This document shows positions 58,509 through 64,000 of a stretch of 64,000 bases of DNA, piece by piece. A program made the translations under genes and the position numbers. The notes beneath the pieces are model-generated. The model was not told where the DNA came from, did no database searches, and saw only the letters and a program-made list of their open reading frames with translations. Origin of the DNA: Acidimicrobiia bacterium (GTDB taxonomy: Bacteria; Actinomycetota; Acidimicrobiia; Spongiisociales; UBA5794); the NCBI GenBank assembly GCA_041605955.1, contig JBFIXI010000007.1, positions 34,807 to 98,806 of the forward strand. Direction: 5' to 3'. The stretch's first letter is position 1, and every line of letters starts with the position of its first letter.

Positions 58509-58925
58509 TCACTCGCTCTCAGCTCCATCACGAAGCCGGGCGGCCCGTTCGGCCGCCATCCACAACGTGCGCGAGAACGGGAAGAAGATGAGGGGCGCCA
58601 ACACCGCAATGACAATCGTGGCGGTAACGACGAGGCCCCAGTTCGGATCCGGGCCCGTGGCGACGACGGTGGCGACCAGGACCAGGACTACGGCGCCGAG
58701 CGAGCATGCCATGTTGAACATCATGGCTCCGAGCCAGTAGCCGTGTCCTCGATCAAAGGTGAGGTTGCATTCGCCGCATGACTCGTTCATCAGCACGAAG
58801 CGGCGGAAGGCCCGGTCCCGGCCGCAGCGGGGACAACGCAGCAGGAGAGCCCAGCCGGCGCCGCGCCACCATCGAGTGTTGTACCGCGGAGTGGCGCCCG
58901 ATGCATTGCCGGAGTCCTTCGGCAT
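58509..58925 (-). CDS. DUF983-like zinc-ribbon membrane protein
   Basis: CPRCGRD...CGECNL zinc ribbon followed by two TM helices. ATG 58925 overlaps the LCP stop (ATGA). Confidence 0.6.
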   Translation of the reverse strand: MPKDSGNASGATPRYNTRWWRGAGWALLLRCPRCGRDRAFRRFVLMNESCGECNLTFDRGHGYWLGAMMFNMACSLGAVVLVLVATVVATGPDPNWGLVVTATIVIAVLAPLIFFPFSRTLWMAAERAARLRDGAESE

Positions 58926-60361
58926 CAGCCGCAGGAAGCAGATAGCGGCTCGAGCTCGAGTGCCGCAATGGCCTCGGCTGCGGGGAGCTCGGTGATGACC
59001 GTGACGGCGTGCCGGATCGCGGCGATATCGGGAGTGGGGTAGGACTGGGCGGTGCGGGCGCCGGTGTAAGTCGGCGGCTCGAAGCCGACGGCCACTATGC
59101 GATCGGCCTCCACCTTGGGGATGATTTGAATCAGGTCGGGGAGCCGGTTCAGAGGCACGTTGGTGATCAGGTTCTCCTTGATCGTGTGGGTGATGTCGGC
59201 GAACGAGCGGGCTATCCGTAGCGGGTCGGCTTGGGCGGCGACCGCCTGCAGCAGGCAACGCTGCCGTCCCATGCGGTTGTAGTCATCGGAGCCCTGCCGA
59301 CTGCGGGCAAAGGCGAGGGCCAAGTGTCCGTCCATGTCGTACGTTCCGGGGGCGAGATCTATCACCTCGGTGGTGCCGTCCTCGTGCGGATACGCGCTGT
59401 CGTAGAGCCGTTCGGTGACCGTTATCTTCACGCCGCCGAGAGCATCGATCAGATCTACGAACCCGTCGAGGTTGACGAGGGCGAAGTGGTGAATCGGGAT
59501 CGCGAGCAGCTCCTCGAGAGCTCCGATCAGCGCAGAGGCCCCGGGGGGGCGCGCCCCCGGAAACCTGTCCGGGTTGCGGGTGCCGTAGTCCCACAGCTCG
59601 TTCACGATTCCCGGGAAGCAATCACATGCCCAGATATCCCATGATTCGGGCAGGGGAACTCGGGCAATGTTGCGCGGCACGCCAAACAGACCGACGTCGC
59701 CGGTGTCGGGCTCCAAGCTAGCCACGATGATCGTATCCGTGCGCACCCCGGTGCGCCCCACCCCGGCGTCACCTCCCAACAGCAGGACGTTGAATCGTTC
59801 GGTGCCCTCCCACAGTCGAACAGGGATGGTGGTCGTGGTGGTGGCCGGCGGCAGCGTGGGTGCCGATGTCGTCGACGACGAGGAGGGGTCACCGGCCGGA
59901 GCGGCGGTCGGCAACACAGGCAGCGTGCTCGGGGGTGGGGCGGTTGCGGCGACATCCGGGCCGGCCGCGAACACCGACGTCAGCAGGTCCTTGTCCAGGA
60001 TGATCCCGTATCCCGCCACGATATGCGGGACGACGAGCAGCAGGCCGACCCCGACGCCGACCAAGGTTGTGCCGGCCACGATGAGCGGTCGCTGGTCGTG
60101 GCTGCGGGGCGCGCCCATCCAGGCGTCGACGGTCGCATAAATCCGCAATCCCAGCAGAGCCCCGTTGCCGATCAGGAGCCATCCGAGCGCGGTGGGTTGC
60201 ACTCCCCAAGTGAGCACGGTCAGCGGTCGGTACCACACCATGTATGCGGCTCCCGTAGCCACGACGAGGCTGAGGACGAGGAGCACCGTCGCTTTGCGGC
60301 GCTGCCCATTGCGAAGCTGTCCGAGGCCGGGCAGCACGGCAGAGGCGACAGCCGAGATCAT
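58925..60361 (-). CDS. LytR-CpsA-Psr (LCP) family cell-wall glycopolymer transferase
   Basis: N-terminal TM helices, a Pro/Thr/Ser linker, then ...RTDTIIVASLEP...GVPRNI...NLDGFVDLIDALGG LCP core. Confidence 0.85.
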   Translation of the reverse strand: MISAVASAVLPGLGQLRNGQRRKATVLLVLSLVVATGAAYMVWYRPLTVLTWGVQPTALGWLLIGNGALLGLRIYATVDAWMGAPRSHDQRPLIVAGTTLVGVGVGLLLVVPHIVAGYGIILDKDLLTSVFAAGPDVAATAPPPSTLPVLPTAAPAGDPSSSSTTSAPTLPPATTTTTIPVRLWEGTERFNVLLLGGDAGVGRTGVRTDTIIVASLEPDTGDVGLFGVPRNIARVPLPESWDIWACDCFPGIVNELWDYGTRNPDRFPGARPPGASALIGALEELLAIPIHHFALVNLDGFVDLIDALGGVKITVTERLYDSAYPHEDGTTEVIDLAPGTYDMDGHLALAFARSRQGSDDYNRMGRQRCLLQAVAAQADPLRIARSFADITHTIKENLITNVPLNRLPDLIQIIPKVEADRIVAVGFEPPTYTGARTAQSYPTPDIAAIRHAVTVITELPAAEAIAALELEPLSASCG

Positions 60362-60386
60362 GCCGAGTGAACCAGGTGCGTCGATT

Positions 60387-60484
60387 CCACCAGTAGCACC
60401 GAGTCCACCAGTTGCAAGGGTTCCATCAATTGCACCGATTCCACCAGTTGCACCGAGTCCACCAATTGCACCGAGTCCATCAGG
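60387..60484. repeat. Tandem repeat, 18-bp unit x5.4 (CCACCAGTTGCACCGAGT)
   Basis: Unit 1: ccaccagtagcaccgagt. Unit 2: ccaccagttgcaagggtt. Unit 3: ccatcaattgcaccgatt. Unit 4: ccaccagttgcaccgagt. Unit 5: ccaccaattgcaccgagt. Partial unit 6: ccatcagg. The array lies in the divergent spacer between the LCP start (60361) and ATG 60531. Confidence 0.9.
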
Positions 60485-60530
60485 GGCGGAGGATATCGGT
60501 CGGCGGAATCAACTCGATGCGTTCGTCGCA

Positions 60531-60890
60531 ATGGCGATGGTGGTCGCCGGTAGGCTATTCGGCATGCTTGCGCTGCTAATCCGCTTGCAGTCCGTGGTCG
60601 ACCAGATTCCCGAGGAGGTTCTGGAGCGTCTTCCCGCGGACGTGCGGGAGAAGCTCGAAGCCGGTCTCATCGACAAGATCCCCGAGGATGTGGCGGACAC
60701 GCTGCCGGAGGGACTGCGTGATTCCATACCGCCGGGCCTGATCGATGCAGCTGCGGCCAACCCGCTGTTCGCCGTCTTGGGCGTGCTCGCCTTGGTGGGG
60801 TTCGGCTACGGGGTAATGAAGAGCGCGATGAAGTCGGCCGTGTTCTTTGGTGCGCTGGCTGCCATCGCCTGGTTCCTCTTCATCAAATAG
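60531..60890 (+). CDS. Small membrane protein with internal IPE(E/D)V...LP(A/E) repeats, unknown function
   Basis: MAMVVAGRLFGMLALLIRL..., then IPEEVLERLPADVREKLEAGLIDKIPEDVADTLPEGLRDSIPPGLID and two C-terminal TM helices. It ends 3 nt before tupB. The start is uncertain, because an in-frame ATG at 60360 would add the repeat-encoded (PPVAPS)n tail. Confidence 0.5.
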   Translation: MAMVVAGRLFGMLALLIRLQSVVDQIPEEVLERLPADVREKLEAGLIDKIPEDVADTLPEGLRDSIPPGLIDAAAANPLFAVLGVLALVGFGYGVMKSAMKSAVFFGALAAIAWFLFIK

Positions 60891-60893
60891 ATC

Positions 60894-61595
60894 ATGGAGT
60901 TCCTGGGAGAGGTCCTCGGAGAGGCCATCCGGTACGTCGCCGACTTCGGCCCCGAGCTGCGGGAGATTCTCGCCCTGACGCTGGTTGTTGCCGGGGTGGC
61001 CACCCTGATCGGGGTCGCGCTCGGCGTGCCGATCGGTGTGTGGCTCGGCCTGACCCGCTTTCGCGGACGGGGCCTGATGCTCGCCATCGTCAACACCGGT
61101 ATGGGCATCCCGCCGGTGCTGGCAGGGCTGTTGCTGCTGGTGCTGCTCTGGAACGACGGAGTTCTCGGCAGCTGGGAGGCGTTGTTCACTCCCGGGGCGA
61201 TGATCGCCGCTCAGGCACTGCTGGCGCTCCCGATAGCGGCCGGTGTGAGCGCCGGGGCGGTCCGCAATCTCAGCGGGGATGCCCGCGAGCAGCTGGCTGC
61301 CCTCGACGTCTCTCATGTGAAGCGCGGCTGGATCGCGGGCCGTGAGGCTTGGCCGGGAGTGGCAGCTGCCGTAGCGGCCGCTTTCGGCCGTGTTATCGCT
61401 GAGGTCGGAGCGGTGCTGATCGTCGGCGGCAACATCGAGGGCGAGACCCGGGTGCTCACGACGGCAATCGTCCAGGAGGCCCGGCAGTCGAATCTCGGGG
61501 CGGCGCTCGGGCTGGGCATCGTCTTACTGCTGGTGGCGCTGGTGGTCAACGTCGCCCTCACCTGGGCCCAGCTGCGGGGTGAGGCCCGTGCGTGA
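60894..61595 (+). CDS. tupB: ABC transporter permease, tungstate (TupB)-like
   Basis: 233 aa with 5-6 TM helices. An EAA-like loop (...GAVRNLSGDAREQLAALDVS...) and context with a TupA-like binding protein. Confidence 0.6.
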   Translation: MEFLGEVLGEAIRYVADFGPELREILALTLVVAGVATLIGVALGVPIGVWLGLTRFRGRGLMLAIVNTGMGIPPVLAGLLLLVLLWNDGVLGSWEALFTPGAMIAAQALLALPIAAGVSAGAVRNLSGDAREQLAALDVSHVKRGWIAGREAWPGVAAAVAAAFGRVIAEVGAVLIVGGNIEGETRVLTTAIVQEARQSNLGAALGLGIVLLLVALVVNVALTWAQLRGEARA

Positions 61596-62616
61596 TGCCG
61601 TCGCCCTCGATCTCGGTGGGCTGTCGTGGAGCATTGGTGATACCCAGATACTCGCGGTGGGCGAGCTGCAACTGATGGCGGGGGAGCGACTCGTCATCTT
61701 CGGGCCAAACGGTGCCGGCAAATCCACCTTGCTTCGGCTGGTCGCCGGCCTGATCGGGCAGCGCTCCGCTCCCGACGCGTCCTACCTGCCGCAGCGGCCC
61801 TACATGTTCCGCGGCAGCGGGCGGCGCAACTTGCTGCTCGGGCTTCGCCCAGAGGAGACCAATCGAGCGGAGGTGCTCGCCAAACGCCTCGGCGTTTCCA
61901 ACGTGTTGGGCACCCCGGCGGGGCAGCTGAGCGGCGGGGAGCGGCAGCGTCTGGCTCTGGCGAGATCGTTGGCTTCCCTGCGACCGATTGTGCTCCTCGA
62001 CGAGCCGCTGGCGGCGATCGACGCCCGCGATCGTGACGCCGTTGTCGCCGTGATCGGCGACGCGATCGGACAGCGAGCCGCCGTCGTCGTGACCCACGAC
62101 AAGGATGTCGCCGTAGCCTTTGCCGATCGAGTGGCGGTCATGGTGCAGGGGAGAGTCCGCCAGGTGGGTCCTCCCCAGCACGTGTTTCTCGAGCCGGGCA
62201 CGGCAGAGGTGGCTGCGGTGGTCGGCCATCACAACGTTCTCGTCGGCACGGTCGTGCGGTCCGAGCCGCCGCTCGTCCAGGTCTCGTGTGGGGGATTGAT
62301 GGTCTGGGCGCTGGGGGAGCAGGCGGCGGGCAGCGAGGTGCGCGTCGTGTTCGGAGCCGATGCCGTAACCCTGCACTCGGTGGTCACCGGTCCTGCCGAC
62401 GGTGGTGTCGACTCAGCCCGCAACCACTGGCTCGGCGCGGTGACTGCGATCTCGGAGGTGGGCCGGTTGATCGAGGTCATCGTCGATGTGGGACAGCCGG
62501 TGGCGGCGATGATCACGGCGGGCTCCATGGCCGGGATGGGGATCCAGCTCGACGACAAGATGGCGTTGTCGCTCAAAGCGACCGCAGCTCGAGCGGTTAC
62601 CGCGGCCAAACAATGA
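61579..62616 (+). CDS. tupC: ABC transporter ATP-binding protein with C-terminal TOBE/Mop domain (TupC-like)
   Basis: Walker A GPNGAGKSTLL, signature LSGGERQRLALAR and Walker B VLLDEPLAAID. A C-terminal roughly 130-aa TOBE-like beta domain. GTG start overlaps tupB by 17 nt. Confidence 0.6.
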   Translation: MRPVRDAVALDLGGLSWSIGDTQILAVGELQLMAGERLVIFGPNGAGKSTLLRLVAGLIGQRSAPDASYLPQRPYMFRGSGRRNLLLGLRPEETNRAEVLAKRLGVSNVLGTPAGQLSGGERQRLALARSLASLRPIVLLDEPLAAIDARDRDAVVAVIGDAIGQRAAVVVTHDKDVAVAFADRVAVMVQGRVRQVGPPQHVFLEPGTAEVAAVVGHHNVLVGTVVRSEPPLVQVSCGGLMVWALGEQAAGSEVRVVFGADAVTLHSVVTGPADGGVDSARNHWLGAVTAISEVGRLIEVIVDVGQPVAAMITAGSMAGMGIQLDDKMALSLKATAARAVTAAKQ

Positions 62617-63404
62617 CACAGCGCGCCGTTGCCGTCCTCGTGGCGATGCTGGCGATCGCCGCCGGCTGCTCCGGTGCGGACCGGGTCATCGTCGGGGCGG
62701 GCACGACCATCGTCGACTCCGGTCTCGTCTCCGAGTTGGAGCAGAGATATGGGGGTGACATCTCGGTCGTCGGTGGCCCGACTGCGGAGCTCCTCGAGCT
62801 GGCCGCCCGCGGCTCGCTCGACGTAGCGATCGTTCACGACGTTGCTCGCGAGCTCGAATATGTGGCAGCTAATCCGAGCACGGTGCGCCGATTCGTGTTC
62901 TCCAGCCGATTCTTGATCGTGGGTCCGCCCGATCTGATCGGAGAGGTACCCGCGACGTCGGCGACTGCCGCGTTCGCCTATCTGGCAGTTAACGAGGTTC
63001 CCTTCGTCACCCGCGCCGACCGGTCGGGGACCCACCAGCGCGAATTGGCGATTTGGGCATCGTCGGGTTTGGAGCCGGCCGGTGATTGGTACATCGCGAC
63101 GGGACAGGGGATGGGGCTGAGCCTGCAAGTCGCCGATCAACGCGACGCCTTCACGTTGGTGGAGGAAGGAGCCTTCCTGGCGGCGACCGCGACCGTGGAT
63201 CTTCAGCCGCTGCCGCTCCCTGCGCAAGAGCCCCTCACCAATCCATACCACGCCTTGCTGGTCGAGGAAGCCGGCCGCGACTTCTTCGACTGGCTGACCA
63301 GCGCCGCCGGCCGGGACGCAGTGGCGGCAGCGAACCAAGCGGTGTTTGGCGCCACCGTGTATGCCACCTCAGCCGAGGCCGCTCAGCAGCAGCCCGGCGG
63401 CTAG
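62613..63404 (+). CDS. tupA: Periplasmic substrate-binding lipoprotein, tungstate (TupA)-like
   Basis: Lipobox LAIAAGC. GAGTTIVDSGL and TRADRSGTH motifs resemble TupA anion-binding loops. ATG 62613 overlaps the upstream TGA. Confidence 0.6.
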   Translation: MTQRAVAVLVAMLAIAAGCSGADRVIVGAGTTIVDSGLVSELEQRYGGDISVVGGPTAELLELAARGSLDVAIVHDVARELEYVAANPSTVRRFVFSSRFLIVGPPDLIGEVPATSATAAFAYLAVNEVPFVTRADRSGTHQRELAIWASSGLEPAGDWYIATGQGMGLSLQVADQRDAFTLVEEGAFLAATATVDLQPLPLPAQEPLTNPYHALLVEEAGRDFFDWLTSAAGRDAVAAANQAVFGATVYATSAEAAQQQPGG

Positions 63405-63854
63405 GCCGTAGAGCCCGGCGACGACGTCATCGAGGGTGACTCCGACGGCCCCCGGTAACTTCTCGGCGGAGCGAATCCCCGGCGCCACTTTGAAGATGTC
63501 GAGCACCCGCGCCACCACTACGGCGACGATCCAGGCGGGGCCATGCAAGCCCACGACGGCGACCAGCGTTCCGGCGACCTCGTCGATCGCCACCCAGGCC
63601 GGATCCTGACCCTCGGCCGCAAACGGGGCGGCAGCCCACAGCGACAGCGCGATGGCGGCGGCTGCGGCCAAGGTATCTACCCACCACGGGGCTGGGATGA
63701 GCATCCAGCCGATCACGGCGGCGACGAGCGCCCCAAACGTGCCGGCCCCCGCCTGGCTGCCGTAGATGCGCTCCGGCAGCAGCCCGACTCCGAAACCCGC
63801 CGCCACAAACCTGCGCATGGTCGGGGAGGCTAACGGGGCTGAGTCGAACTCCAT
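63369..63854 (-). CDS. pgpA: Phosphatidylglycerophosphatase A
   Basis: ...GFGVGLLP...GTFGALVA...WVAIDEVAG...RVLDIFKVAPG...GVTLDDVVAGLYG, typical of PgpA. Confidence 0.85.
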   Translation of the reverse strand: MEFDSAPLASPTMRRFVAAGFGVGLLPERIYGSQAGAGTFGALVAAVIGWMLIPAPWWVDTLAAAAAIALSLWAAAPFAAEGQDPAWVAIDEVAGTLVAVVGLHGPAWIVAVVVARVLDIFKVAPGIRSAEKLPGAVGVTLDDVVAGLYGLAAGLLLSGLG

Positions 63855-63936
63855 CGTTCCCTATGATCGATCCGCTGCGCCCGCTGCCGCTCGATCCCGA
63901 GTTGCTCGCAGCCGATCGTCGACCACCGGAGGAGAA

Positions 63937-64000
63937 GTGCGTCCAGAGCAAATCGCAGATATCCGCCAGCCGTCGGACCCCAACCTGCATCCCAACGGTG
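63937..64000 (+). CDS. 5-prime fragment of a CDS running off the window (N-terminus reminiscent of S9 peptidase family)
   Basis: GGAGGAG lies 3 nt upstream of GTG 63937. Translation is VRPEQIADIRQPSDPNLHPNG... Only 21 codons are visible, so the call is weak. Confidence 0.3.
   Translation, partial: MRPEQIADIRQPSDPNLHPNG

Overview
This is a GC-rich stretch of actinobacterial-type chromosome; third codon positions are overwhelmingly G/C. The gene content (Ni-SOD sodN/sodX, korAB, LCP, ppk plus a MutT1-like Nudix fusion, gatCAB, succinylase DAP genes) suggests a high-GC Actinomycetota, possibly Acidimicrobiia-like, but that is inference only. The window is densely packed with about 60 protein-coding genes on both strands, and almost all are core housekeeping or cell-envelope functions. 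Left to right: a truncated OFA-type MFS transporter, an RraB/DUF695-like protein, a GMC oxidoreductase, two GT2 glycosyltransferases and a large secreted M15-peptidase/FG-GAP propeller protein. Then pdxH, korBA, an amidase with a DUF3048 lipoprotein, an AlkD-like repair protein and an SF1 helicase-nuclease fusion. Then sodX/sodN, murJ, a PGPGW plus double ABC (ATPase-permease x2) operon, pgl, and ppk with a Nudix/His-phosphatase gene. Then murA, SpoIID/LytB, NifU-like, meaB, an enoyl-CoA hydratase, a vanadium-haloperoxidase/PAP2-like lipoprotein, iscS-mnmA-ligA, a YceI-domain membrane protein and dapC-dapD-dapE. Finally gatCAB, ppc, DUF983, an LCP protein, a Tup-like tungstate ABC system and pgpA. 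I found no rRNA, tRNA, CRISPR array, integrase, transposase or other mobile element. I cannot point to a convincing new multi-gene system, and the region reads as ordinary core genome. The observations most worth a second look are listed here. (1) A lone 967-aa SF1 helicase fused to a PD-(D/E)xK/Vsr-like nuclease. (2) A sodN whose Ni-hook reads HCDLFCG rather than the canonical HCDLPCG. (3) Two non-genic tandem-repeat arrays: 17 bp x6 at 29.4 kb and 18 bp x5.4 at 60.4 kb. (4) A 323-bp lower-GC structured spacer upstream of iscS. (5) A recurring TAnnnT-N6/7-start-codon (leaderless) promoter architecture. (6) A tightly coupled PGPGW plus 2x(ABC ATPase-permease) operon next to murJ. All product calls come from motif recognition by eye and none has been checked against a database.
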